The notes beneath the pieces were generated by a model. That model worked only from the letters and a program-made list of their open reading frames with translations, was not told where the DNA came from and ran no database searches. From NCBI GenBank assembly GCA_028534125.1, contig CM052818.1:374001-438000 (forward strand): a DNA stretch of 64,000 nucleotides, read 5' to 3'. The translations under genes were made by a program, and so were the position numbers. This document shows, piece by piece, positions 11,711 to 23,701 of the stretch; within the stretch, counting starts at the first letter, position 1; the number at the start of each line of letters is the position of its first letter. The stretch comes from Lama glama (Eukaryota).

Positions 11711-12660
11711 TTCAACAGCCATCTTTTTAGATCAATACCATTTTTAGATCTGAACTACTAAGAAGACAAATCTCTAAACCCGTCTCTAAACCCACATTGA
11801 TCTAAAACAATGTTCTGGAGTCCTTTAAGTCCTCTTGGGACCTACATTTAGACAGCTCTTTTAATTGGATTCTAGAAATTTTTTTGTTTGTTTTTCAGAC
11901 TTTGGGGATGTCACTTTCTTAGAGGTTGAAGATGATTATAATCTAGGTTCTAGGATAAATATTAAAAACCTTCATGATACTTTTAAAGCTTTCCTTTCTG
12001 CTTATTATATGATTATATTAATTAAAATACACATTTCTACTAGGCTTAATATCTCTTACTTGCTGGGTAATATTCAGGAAAATATGAATGAGCTCAATAA
12101 TTGAATTCCTTCACACTTATTAATTTGCTGTCTGCTTTGAACCAGTTTTTATTAAAATGTTTGCATATATTGTGCTACTTATACATTCACATTTACTGCA
12201 TTTTATTGCTTGTTACACATTTTTACTGGTATATCATCTCTGTATGTATTGGCTAGGAATTCATTCAAAATTATCTTCTATTGTGTTATTTGGTTAATAG
12301 TATTCACTAAAATAGAGTAGACAATATTCAGTTTCATAATATTGCTTGTCTGATACAGAACTTCATATATTAGTAAACTTATTATGCTTTAATTCTTGCT
12401 ACCTACCCCAGTTTCCATTAATAGCTGTATATTTCTTTTTAGTTATGTGATGTGTTTTTCATGATTTTTCTCTATCTTTCCAGAACTTATTATATCTTCC
12501 TCCATGTAAATCATATGTAACATATTACTTTTATTTATGTATTAATTATTACTGCTATTATCATTGTTGCTGTTGCAACCACTTTATGGTTGAGTAATCT
12601 GAAGCTCAGAGAGTTAAATAACTTTTTTCTTTCAAAAAGCACTTAAGAAATTCACTTTCA

Positions 12661-12780
12661 GGGGGAGGGTATAGCTCAGTGGTAGAGCTTAGCATGCACA
12701 AGGTTGTGGGTTCAATCCCCAGTACCTCCATTAAAAATAAGTGAATAAATAAGCCTAATTATCTACCCCCCCCCCAAAAA
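12661..12780 (+). mobile_element. tRNA-derived SINE (Vic-1-like)
   Basis: A box TAGCTCAGTGG, B box GGTTCAATCC, perfect 16-bp TSD AAGAAATTCACTTTCA (12645-12660 / 12781-12796). Confidence 0.9.
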
Positions 12781-12870
12781 AAGAAATTCACTTTCAAGTA
12801 ATCATTTTGAGGCAGGATCAGAAACCAGGCTTGAAGAGGGTAAAAATGATCCTTTAAATTTACAGCTTGG

Positions 12871-12992
12871 GTGGGGGAGGGTATAGCTCAATGGTAGAGC
12901 GCATGCTTAGCATGCACAAGGTCCTGGGTTCAATCCCCAGTACCCTCATTAAAAAAAAAGTAATAAATAAACCTAATTACCTGCCCCCCCCC
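12871..12992 (+). mobile_element. tRNA-derived SINE (Vic-1-like)
   Basis: Same head and tail; TSD AAATTTACA(G/A)CTTGG (12856-12870 / 12993-13007). Confidence 0.9.
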
Positions 12993-13113
12993 AAATTTAC
13001 AACTTGGACTGAGCATTATATGAACTCTAGGTAATAGCATGGGAACTGCACAGAGTGAGACACTGAAGATTACAGTGATAAAACCTGTACTCTTTTCTAA
13101 TGGACAAAAAAAA

Positions 13114-13197
13114 AATATATATATATATAATATATATATATATTATAGTATATATATATATAATATATATATATATATATTATATATATATGCCTAT
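13114..13197. repeat. Imperfect (AT)n microsatellite
   Basis: About 80 bp of near-pure TA repeats in C2orf78 intron 1. Confidence 0.95.
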
Positions 13198-13748
13198 ATT
13201 AGAAGGGCTGTTTCTCCTGGTTTCTGGCAGTGTCAGAGCAGAGTCCTGGTGAGAAAGTCAGGACACTTAGGTTCTGAAATCTGGTGATGATATTAACATA
13301 ATGAGAAAACTTGAACAAGTCAACCTGATCTCTCTGACCCTCAGTTTCCTTACTCTAGAAATGAGACTGTTAGAAGTTCTCTAAGAACCTCCTAGTTCTA
13401 AAATCCTTCCATTCTAGGAAATAACATACAAGTCAACACTAATGCAGGCATATGGGAAAGACAGGGCAGGGAGAAGATTGTTTCTGGCCTAGAGAACAAT
13501 GTATGAACCACACCACTTGGGTCCCCTGCACATCTGTGCCCAAGATGGGAACATAGGCAGTTAATACAGAAGACTGTCAAACTGCTCCAGCCCTTACAAC
13601 CATCACAAGCTGTTTAATTCGCTATCTCAGTAAGTCTTGACATTAGAGGCATCCTGACAGCAAGACCTTTAAGATAATGCTGATCCTCCAACATAGTGAG
13701 AATTTATCAGTCTTACTGATCATTTCATTACCCTCTTATTTCTTACAG

Positions 13749-14513
13749 AAAATTTCCAAAATCCATCTGTACTTGGAACTCTAAATCCTCTGCAGTTCTC
13801 TCTTCCTGTGGTGAGCAGCACAGCTCCCCTAACAGGAAGCGCCTGCAACTTCTCCAGAGTCTCTGCTCCAGCCATCAGTTCAGCATGGCTACTGCCATCA
13901 GCAGCCTCTGGCACCTCTTTCCAGCCAGTCCTGGAAAGTGCCTACCATTACCAACATCCTAACACCACTATGTTGCCTGGAGTTTCTGGCCAGAGCCAGA
14001 TCTCCACTTCAGCTGCTTCCCATCCAGATATTTTTGAGTGGAACATCGCAGGAAGCAGTGAAAAGAAGTCCTCTTTACTCAGAGACCTGACTGTGACTGT
14101 CACTGACCAGGATGCAGCTATTCCTTCCATGTCTATGGCAGCCCAGTATGATAAAACTTCAGATGCCAATAACATGGTCTCTCTGTATCCATCAATTTCT
14201 GCCAGCCTTGTTCAGGGCACACCATCTCAGATTCCATATCAGAGACATAGCCTTTCAGTTCCCTACCAGGTAGGAAGCCAGGTATATTACTATAATCAAG
14301 GCACATTGGGTCCTGTACTGTTTGGAGAACTTGACCCCTGCCTGCAAACCTGTGGCGCAGTGTCATACACAGGAAGTAGGACCACTGTCCCTCAACCAGA
14401 AATAGTAATGGTACTCAAAGAGATTCAGCCCACAAATATCCTACCACCAGCTTCCACCTCTGGAATCTACTACTCTGTGCCTGCTCAACCCATCACAGAA
14501 ACAAGTTTTCAAG
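13749..14513 (+). CDS. C2orf78: C2orf78 orthologue coding exon 2 (765 nt)
   Basis: Acceptor cttacag|AA, open frame containing ORF 13808 (NFSRVSAPAISSAWL...SQVYYYNQGTLGP...PITETSFQ), donor AAG|gtgtgt, phase 1-1. Confidence 0.92.
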
Positions 14514-15364
14514 GTGTGTACAAAACAGCAAGGAAGGAAAAAAGTAAGATCAGCATTCAAAAATGGGTCAAATCTGCAGCTGGGAAGTGGTGTACAGACA
14601 GGTAGAATTTAGATCCCGAGACTTTAAAAACCACTACCCTCTCTCAGTGCTTTCTGTTTTCAGACTCTATATAAGAGCACCTAATGCAGGCGGGAAAGTG
14701 GGGCACTGTGATGATCATCTATGCTATGTGTGCAAGAACCCCAAGAGTTTTCGCTGCTCTAGTTGATCCATCCCCCGTACTACCACACTGTTTAACTCCC
14801 TTCTCTGACCTATTGCAATAGTTTCTTTGGAAATCTTTCAGAACTCTTATCACGATAATGCAGGTTAATTTTCCCTCACTTCCTTAATTTACACCAGGAT
14901 TTAAGACCTTGCATTCCAAAATCCTGTCCAGAATAAGCAGGTGAAGACTCTGTCCTTTCTTGTGTGGTTCTTCAGGAAGAGCTCTACCCCTCTCCTTTCC
15001 TAGTTCACGGTGTGAAGTGTTCTTATTCTCTCAGGAAAGTGGGGAGAATTGAAAGGGCACTAAATGAAAATGCTAGGCTTTGTCAAACATTTCATATTTT
15101 AAAAATGTGACTTTTATTTTTTATTTGACTTATAACAACTCTATGAAATACAAAGAAAACCATGAATCAATCACATCAAATGATCTCCAGTAAGAATTAG
15201 AACAGTCACCTCTTATCTCCTAGCATAGGGTGCTGTCCATGGTCCTCAAGAAAAGCTAGTAGAAATGCCTTGTCTGTCATTGAAATGTACGTGATTGCTA
15301 TATTGGTGTCTAGGGGAAGTATCTCACTTACCAGGGACTGACTTCTTCCTTGATCTCTTTGTAG

Positions 15365-17283
15365 TGATGGAGACTTCCCTGGGGATGGAGAATTCCCTGG
15401 GATCACAACCTGTAAGTCAGACATTTTGTCTGTCACAAACTCCAGAATTCCCCAAGTCCTGCAGTAGCAGAAATATCCAGATACTTGAGAGTAACACACC
15501 ACCTGAACTTGGGGACATTTCAATGATTGCTCCAGTCCAGAGTTCCAGTAATCTCCTGGCACTGCCTCCAGCTCCAAGCCAGGAACAAATGGAGAATAAG
15601 AATTTGGATGATATTAAAGCCAAGCTTTCAGAGCCTCTGGATGCCTATGAAATCCCATTAGAAAACCAAGATTCTCCACTACTCCCTTTAGAGATCCCTG
15701 ATATTCACCAGATCTTGGCCTGCCTTGATCCCACTGGCCAAGAGGAGCTGCTTGGTTTTGAAAACACTGATCTGGGAAAGAATAGCCTCAGTTTTGAGGA
15801 CCTTGAGACACTCGAAAATGAGACTGAATCTAGCAGTAGTTTTGCAAACATCACTACACCAGTGAGGGATATTGACAGTCCCCAGCTCTTTCGCTCTTTG
15901 GAGAACTTAGATCAACTTATAGATTTCACGGTGATCCAAGTCACAGATACCAGAACCAATAAGGTGAATCAGGTGCAGGAAAAGTTGGGTGTCATAAAAG
16001 CTCCCTCTGATCAACCCAGGAATAACAAACATAAAATCTCTGAGCCTGTCAGTGATGCTCCCAAGGCCAAAATCCAGGCAAAGAACCCAGAGTGCCTATT
16101 AGGGGGAGAAGTGGTAATTCGTAATGCTACATTCAGTGACAGGGCTCCTGCAAACCCAGCCAAGCATTCTAACAGCAAACCTCAGAAGCCTGCATCTAGC
16201 GGAATCAGCAAAACTAAGAGCCATGGGCAGGAAAAGACCAAAAGGACCAAAGAAAACAGCTCCAAGAAAGCTGAAGAGAGTAAGCAGTCAGGGAACAAAG
16301 TGAAGGCAGACGTGAAGTCAACCACTCCCAAGATGAAGCGGAAGAAAAATCAACTTGAGTTTAACCAAGAGGACTTTAAAAAGCCCCGAAGCTGCCTCGG
16401 CATGCACATGCTGGAGTCTGTGCAGGTTTTTCATGCACTGGGGAAGAAGGATGATAAGAAAATTGGACTCTCTTCCTCTCGGGCCCCGGGAAGTTTAGGC
16501 AACTTCAAAGACCCCAGGCCATCCTCAGCTATCAAGCCATGGCTGAATACCCGCTGTGGGGGTAAGGGTCCTGAGAAAACTCAAGTCAAAGCCCAGAAAC
16601 GAGATGGCAGTGCTGAAGAAGAGTGTGCATCTCCATCCCAGTATGAGCTGCCACCTCCTGGGAAGGTCAAGTTGATACCTTTGCCTTTTCCTACCGTGGA
16701 CAAGCCTAAAGCTCAACCTCTTTCTCGGAGGCCACAGCCTCTGGCCTCACGCCGGCCTGCTGTGGCTTACCCTGCCCGGCCTGGTTCTACTAACTCAGCT
16801 CAACCTACTGCAGTCAATTCAGCCCGGCCAGCTCCTGCATCTTTGGCAGGTCCTGCCAAACCAGTTCGTCCAATGTTGGTCAACCCAACTCGACCAGGTC
16901 TGACCAACTCTACCAGGCCTAGTGTCCCTCAGGCTCCGGCTTCTAGGCCTGCACCCTACAAAACTTCACCTTGTGCTTCTCTCCAGCAGAAGCCCGTTTC
17001 CACTGCTGTGACCAAGCACCAGTCTCCACCCAAGTCTCAAAACCAATTTCTACTCCAAGACTTCAGCTCCCAACCAATTCCATGGAGGAAACCCAATGTT
17101 CCTGAGCCAGTCATGTCAACGCCCATCACAGAAGAGCAGAGGCCAGAGCGGGAGGCCATGAAGAGGCGGGCCCAACAAGAGCGTGAGATTGCTGCCAAAT
17201 ACACCTCTTTGGGGAAAATGCAATTTTTCATTGAGAGGGAAAGAGAAATGGACATTTCTCTATACTATGGATATGCAAAGTAA
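15365..17283 (+). CDS. C2orf78: C2orf78 orthologue coding exon 3 (1919 nt to TAA); spliced CDS 2781 nt = 926 aa
   Basis: Acceptor tttgtag|TG ATG GAG. Open frame with the motifs KKPRSCLGMHMLESVQVFHALGKK, PPPGKVKLIPLPF and RPEREAMKRRAQQERE...YYGY. Confidence 0.93.
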
Positions 17284-17382
17284 GAGCTGATAGGAGTATT
17301 GGTGCCACATTAGGTACCAGCTGTTTTTACATATATAGATAGATATAAATTTCTCTATTTATTCTGATATATTTTAGAAGTT

Positions 17383-17431
17383 AATAAAATTGAATAAACA
17401 AATGTAATAGAACTAATAGTTGAGTAATAAA
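17383..17431 (+). terminator. C2orf78 polyadenylation signals
   Basis: AATAAA at 17383, 17393 and 17426, followed by a GT/T-rich tract at about 17464-17520. Confidence 0.7.
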
Positions 17432-17949
17432 GAAGCCATTTGAGTTCTGAGGTGCTGTTAACTGTGGTTTTTTTGTTTTATTTTGTTTTGATTTTGTTTT
17501 GGTTTAGTTCTTTTGGTGGGGGTAGGAATCAAAGGCTGCATGAGAAAGAAAGAACTGAAAATTGGAGGGAAGAATGGGGGAATAGGGGTAAGAATTGAGG
17601 AAAGAGGAAGAAACTTGGCCCAGAGCTAGGAAGGCCAAAAGGGGAGAGATTTTATGGGTTTATGAAAAGAAGCAGGAGTGTGGGAAATGGCAGAAACAAG
17701 AAGCAGGCTCTGAGATTAGGGTTGAAAGAATAAAATTTGAGTAGAGTTGGAGATGACGGAAGATGTGTCTAGGTTGACTAAGAGAAATAGAAAAAGTCTC
17801 CTGAGGTTGGCCTTATGTCTCAGGACCACCAGATAGGTATTTTAGAAAACAGGAGATTCAGAACACATGTATGAAAGGTTTGATCTGCCTTATCCATGTA
17901 TGACTATAGCAGGGAATAGGGAAATCTACCAGATGAGTGGCAGGGACTC

Positions 17950-18600
17950 AGAGTTATCCCGGGGGCAGCTCACAGCAGGGGCGGGGCCAAGTGAATTGCT
18001 GCCAACAGGAGGCCCACGCAGAACAGAGCTCGGGATATAATCTCCATTTACTCAGCACTTATGCACCGGGGCGGTGAATGCACTATTCAGTTAACCTTCC
18101 TAACAACAGCCAAGGCCAATGTTACGGTGCCACTTCACTAGTGAGGTTCAGCAAAGGGCTGAGGTCACATTGCATGTGGAGGTCCAAGGCCTGAATTTGA
18201 GGCCCAAAGTCCTCAGTATTTGCAATTGCCCGGAGGTGGCCAACCTGGCTTTCAGACAGCATCCGGAAGTGACCTCTGGACGGGATCAAACTTCTGGAGG
18301 GATCTAAATATTATTAACTTGAGGGGCCCACCGGGTCCTCCTCCATTAACCTAGGCACGTGCTGCCTTCTCTAAACTTCGCCATCAACCGAAGCGCACGA
18401 GAAAAATCCGCTGGAAGCGTCCATTTTCCGGGGGTAAGAGAGGCGGGCGTGCGCACCTGGCTCGCCGTTTCAACAGCCACAGAATGCAGGCACCCAGCGG
18501 TCCCGAGATGCTCCCCGGGAGGCGTCATGGGGCAGCTGGAGGGAGTAGGGGTGGGGGAGGGCGGCGGGGCTGGGAACGGGAGGGAGGGCAATTCAAGGAA
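17950..18600. promoter_or_regulatory. Orphan CpG-rich promoter/enhancer-like patch
   Basis: Raised CpG, GC box near 17978, ETS CCGGAAGTG at 18263-18271, GCGTGCGCAC near 18447, G-tract cluster at 18538-18590. Confidence 0.5.
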
Positions 18601-18664
18601 TGAAGTGGAGAGAGGGGAGGGATGGGGACAATGGATAAAGATCATGGGAAAATTGGCAATTTTC

Positions 18665-19100
18665 ATTTTTAAAATTATTTTTTATTGAGATATGTTCCAC
18701 ATACTGTAAAATTTACCTTTTGAAACTACAGATTCAGTGTCATTTAGTACATTCACAAGCCTATGCAACTATTACCATTATATAACCCACAACGTTGTCA
18801 TCACTGTAAAAAGAAAGCCAATCAGCAGTCACTCCCAATTCCCTCCTCCCTTGGCTCCTGCAACCATTAATTTGCTCTCTGTCTCTATGGATGTGGCTTT
18901 TCTGGGCATTTCATGTATATAAAATAATACAAATGTGACCTTTGGGTCCAGCTTCTTTCACTTCGCATCATCTTTTCAAGTTCATCCATGTTGTAGCAGG
19001 TGTTAGTACTTCATTCCTTTTTATGGCTGTGTAATATTCCTCATATGTACCGCATTTAAAAAACCCATTCCTCTGTTGATGGACATTTGGGTTGTTTTCA
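18665..19100 (-). mobile_element. Old L1M 3'UTR fragment
   Basis: Antisense L1 3'UTR motifs (gttcatccatgttgtagca, gatggacatttgggttgttt). Confidence 0.75.
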
Positions 19101-20096
19101 CTAATAATTTCCATTTATTGAGAGTTTATTCTGTACTGGGATAAGTTATTGACCCCTATTTCACAGATAAGGAAATAGGCTTGGAGAGTGTCAAGAATTT
19201 GCCCAAGATTAAGAGCTAGCAATTGGGGGAGCTGGGGCTTGAACTCAGGCAGACTTCAGAGGTAACAGATTCACATGAAAGAACATTAGAAAAATTAGAA
19301 AAAGTACAAAAGGAATGGAAATTCACCTTTTCCCCCAAGTTCTCCAGCCACACATTTCCCTCCTCAGAGACATCTACTTTTGTCATGCATGAATCCTTCC
19401 AGAGAAATATTTATACCCCAATGTGTATGTATCACAATTTACTGACTAAACTGTCCCACTGATTAGAAATGTCACTTTCATGTTATAATAAATTCTTAAA
19501 TGTATTTGTATTACTCTTCTCAGAATTTTCCTGGCTTTCTTTTTTGCCCATCTTTTATATTTGCCATTTCTCTATAATTCTTTCTATCTTCCTTTTGACT
19601 TTTGAAAAATTTCTCATTTTCTTGTTGTTTCACTTAAGACATTGTCCATTCTGTTTATTCACTCTTATGTCATTTTTAACTTAGTTTTCATTTCTGAAAA
19701 AAATTTTTTTTGGTTTATGTTGAATTCTGCCCTGCATTCTATCATGTTACCTATTTCTGATTTATGCTCTTCTTTCATCTTTTTTTCTTATGGTAAAACA
19801 CATAAAACAAAATTTATTAGTTTAACCATTTTTAAGTACACAATTCAGTGACATTAAATATATTCATGATGTTGTGCCACTACCACCACTATCCAAATTC
19901 AAAATATTTGTGTCAAAAGACTGGGCAGGACCTCAGAAAAATGGAAGCAGCAGCATAGTTTCTGAATCTCCCCAAACCCTTTCATGGAAATACATCAACC
20001 AAAACCAAACACCCATGGGTGGCATTTACTAGCATTTCCAGAATTTTTTCATCATCCCAAACAGAAACTCTGTATCTATTAAACAATAACTTCCTA

Positions 20097-20228
20097 GGCG
20101 AGGGTTGTGGTAATAGCTCAGTGGTAGAGTGGGTGCTTAGCATCCTTGAGGTCCTGGGTTCAATTCCCAGCACCTCCTTTTAAAAAAACTCATGTGAGAA
20201 ATCAATACGCTAAAAAAAAATTTAAAAT
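20097..20228 (+). mobile_element. tRNA-derived SINE nested in an antisense L1M fragment (about 19790-20260)
   Basis: TAGCTCAGTGGTAGAG...GGTTCAATTCCCAGC with A-rich tail; flanking imperfect repeat aa(a/c)ca(a)taacttcc. Confidence 0.8.
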
Positions 20229-23212
20229 AAACCATAACTTCCCATTCACTCCTCTGCCCATGTTCTTTCATCTTTCACACTGTTTTTCCTAACATCTTCA
20301 GCTACCTTTGAAATAGCAGGTTACAGTGTTGATCTGTTTTATGGGCCTGGCTTTTCCAACTTGCTTTTATTGTCTGAGGAGATGCCAGTCTGCTCCTTAT
20401 TCTCTTTGTTCTTATACTGCCTTTGCCTGGGGTTTGATCCCAGTCCTTTTCTGTTACCAGTTTTTAGGTGAAACCAGTTTGAAAGCTCTTTGAAAAGGAG
20501 GTGTGAGGCTACCTGGAAACCTGTTCTTTATGGCTGCTTCATCAAAGCTTCACCTATACTATTTTGGAATAACTGTTTTCCAGGAGGCATAAACCAATGG
20601 GCTTTATCATTGAACAGAGTAACGAGAAAGGACCCCATGAAAGCGATCAGCTTTTGTTGTGATGGGATATGTATGATATATGATATGATATGATTTTGTT
20701 ATGATTTCAACCAAGATGGTCACACACCAGCCCAGGAAACTCAGCGATCCAGAGACCAGGTGTAATGCCATATCCTTTCTCACCACCTTAACTCTCAAGG
20801 ATTGGTCACCGACATGTTACTAGTAATTATTATTTGGTTTCTATTCATAATTACCATCAGAAGGCATAGCACCCCCTCCGTCAGTAGCTTATCTCGCTGT
20901 TTTAAAGGACATGGGGAAATCTTCCTTTAAGTAACCTAAATCCCTCATGCAGCTACTTCTGCTGGTTCTTCAGAAGGGCTAGAACAGCTGGTGACCTCAT
21001 CTGTGTTGAAAGCCTTCCCCCATTCTCAAACTATTATTCGATTCGGAAGAAACTTCTTTATCATGTGTAAAATTTCCCATAACATCAGACTCCAGATGAA
21101 TAATTCTTCTATCAGAAATAATGGCACCAATAGATAGATAGATAGATAAAATAAAAAATAAATGTTTTAAAAAAATGACGGCACCAGTTACTAAAATGTG
21201 ATGGTGTTGGGAGTGACCAAAACAAACTTTTCTAAAATGAATGACATAATGAATTTTTTAAAAAGCTCTCGTGTCTGCTAAATAAAAGAATATTTACATG
21301 TAGAAAAAAAAAAGAGGACATATCGCCTAGGACCTAATCACATTGCCCTGTTGCCTCACCATTCCTCCTCATTTTGGCTTCTTGCCTACCTACAGGAACC
21401 CGGTTTGTATTTGTTCTCCCTTTACTATAGCCCCGTAATTTTTTGTGAATGACTCTCAATCTCACCAGAATCCGTATCTCACTGGTCCCCAAATCCCACC
21501 CCATCATTTGCTCCCGGAAGGGAAGTCTAGAATTTAAGTAAACTGGCTATCTTACTACTGTTCACCAATGAAACTAGAAGAACAGACTTTTCATGGAATG
21601 ACAGAGAACTTGTAAAGATAAAACACCAGTTTTCTGGAGAAAGGGAAGAAGAAAGTGATGGAAAGAGCGTCTGGAAAGGCATAAACCAGTGGGCTTTATG
21701 GAAAGCTCTCTTTACATTAGGTTTGGTTTGTCTGTTCCTGGTAAGTAAATTTAAATTTTCTAAACATCAAAAAAAAAAAGATGGGTCTAAACCTTTAAAT
21801 TCTCAATAATAAAAAGAACATTGCTTTTAAAGGGGAAGTTATAAATTCTTGTTTATATGTACTGGAGAGTTTTACTAAGAAGTCATGTATTTTACTTGAA
21901 TATGAATTAACAGATTTTAAAGTAGAAAATGACTGTAAGGAATTCAAGGATACATTTCTGTATGTTAATAGTTGATTGTAGTGTTATGTATTTTTGCCAT
22001 CCCATGCTGATACAGTAAAAATAAAATTAATGACTTGGAGCTTTTTTTTTTTTTTGCTTTCATCATGGGAATAATTTTTCAGAATTTAAAATGAGTGACT
22101 TGGAGCTTTAAAAAAAATAGAAAGAAAAAGGAGGTGTGGTTGAGGATCACTTTTCTAACTTCACAGAATTTCTGTGTTTTTTTTTTAATGTAGTATTCAA
22201 AAACATAGTGGCTTGCTTTCTGAGGTTTCCTGGCTCTGTTCCCCTCCCTGACTTTTATCAAGACATTTCCCTTTGTGCCTGTTGTTCCTCCCAGAAGTTT
22301 CTGCTTTGTGTGGGCCACACACTGGAAAGGAGCTCTGGCTGCTCAGTTTGAAGATGCAGAGGGGCTAGACGGCTCCAGCCCTCCAAATGGTATCCTGGGG
22401 CCCTTGTCCTTACTCACTTTGGGGCTTGACAAAACCCCTCCCAGTCTCAGCTGCTGTTCTTAAACGGGCCCCCAGTGCTTTCCAGGGAATACCTGCTGTC
22501 ATTTCCAAGGCCTTCTGCTCCCATGTCTATCAGATGCGTCTTCCTGTCTGCCACTTCCTCTGGTGCAGATGGTCGGTCCATGCAGGTCTGCCCCACTCAA
22601 TTGTTTCTGTGTTTCTACTTTCTTGGTAAATGCTACCCTTGGGCATTTGGTTTTGGTTGATCTAGTTCCATGAGAAGGTTTGGTGAGATTCAGAAACCCT
22701 GCTGCTGCCTCCATTTTTGTGAATCTCTGCTCCATCATTTGATATAATTATTTGAAATTTGGGGGCCCTGTAATTTTCAGTTCCCTGAAGCAGAGGCCCA
22801 TTTGCTCTCCCCTCGTTAGAACTCTGGGTTAGACGAGGCTTTCTGAGTCTCCTCTGTCTAATGTCTCGTGTCCGTATTTGCTCAGTCCATAGGAAGTCAA
22901 AACACAACAATCTAAGGGCTCATGAGTCTCAAATCTGCCCTCCTCCCCAGCAAAAAAACCTGGTCTGTGCACAATATCAATATTCTTCATCTCATTTCAT
23001 GGTAATGGCATTTTCCAGTTGCTCAAGCCAGAGACCTTTGAGGTCACTTCTGTCCTTTCCAAACACATATTCAGAGCATTAGCAGCAAATTCCATCTGTT
23101 TTGTCTTCAGATTGTATATGGCACTCGTCCACTCCTAACCACTTTTCCCTGTTCCCACTCTAGTCCAAGCCTCCATATTTCCTGCCTGGATTATTGGGAA
23201 AGCCTCCTAACT

Positions 23213-23666
23213 CAGAAGCTTCCCAAACTTTCCAGATTCACAGAGTGCTTGGTGTCTCACCTCTAGGCTAAAAGAAATACTAAACAGTCCCGTTTACTAA
23301 GTATTTAGGCATCAATAATTAATTAGTATTTATGTTTGTAGTGGGCTGGATAATGGCCACCCAAAGAGATCAGGTCTTAATTCTTTAAATCTATAAATAT
23401 TACAGCCTTATTTAGAAAAAGGATTTTTGCATATGAGATTAAATTGAAGATCTTGAGATGGGGAGATTATCCTGGATTATCAGAGTAGGCCCTAAATGCA
23501 ATCAGGTGTGTCCTTACAAAACAGAGATAGAGGAGATTTGATAGAGACAGAGGAGGAAAAGGCAATATGACCTCGGAGGCAAAGACTGGAATGTTGGAGC
23601 CACCAGCCACCAGAAGCTGGCAGCGCAAGAAATGAAATCTCCCTCAATAGACTTGGATGCTTGGAT

Positions 23667-23701
<35 letters not shown>

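Noticed and set aside
12661..12735. tRNA-like sequences (A/B boxes) here and at other SINE heads
   Set aside because: They carry SINE tails and TSDs; these are tRNA-derived SINEs, not tRNA genes.
14514..14605. C-terminal tail of the 265-aa ORF
   Set aside because: Lies past the exon 2 donor; intron read-through.
15295..15364. ORF-track N-terminus MLYWCLGEVSHLPG of the 662-aa ORF
   Set aside because: Intronic read-through upstream of the acceptor at 15363-15364; the real CDS is spliced from exons 1 and 2.
21531..21746. Plus-strand 70-codon open frame ending in CTG|GTAAGT
   Set aside because: No good acceptor or ATG; it is the codon-aligned antisense shadow of the better-supported minus-strand frame.
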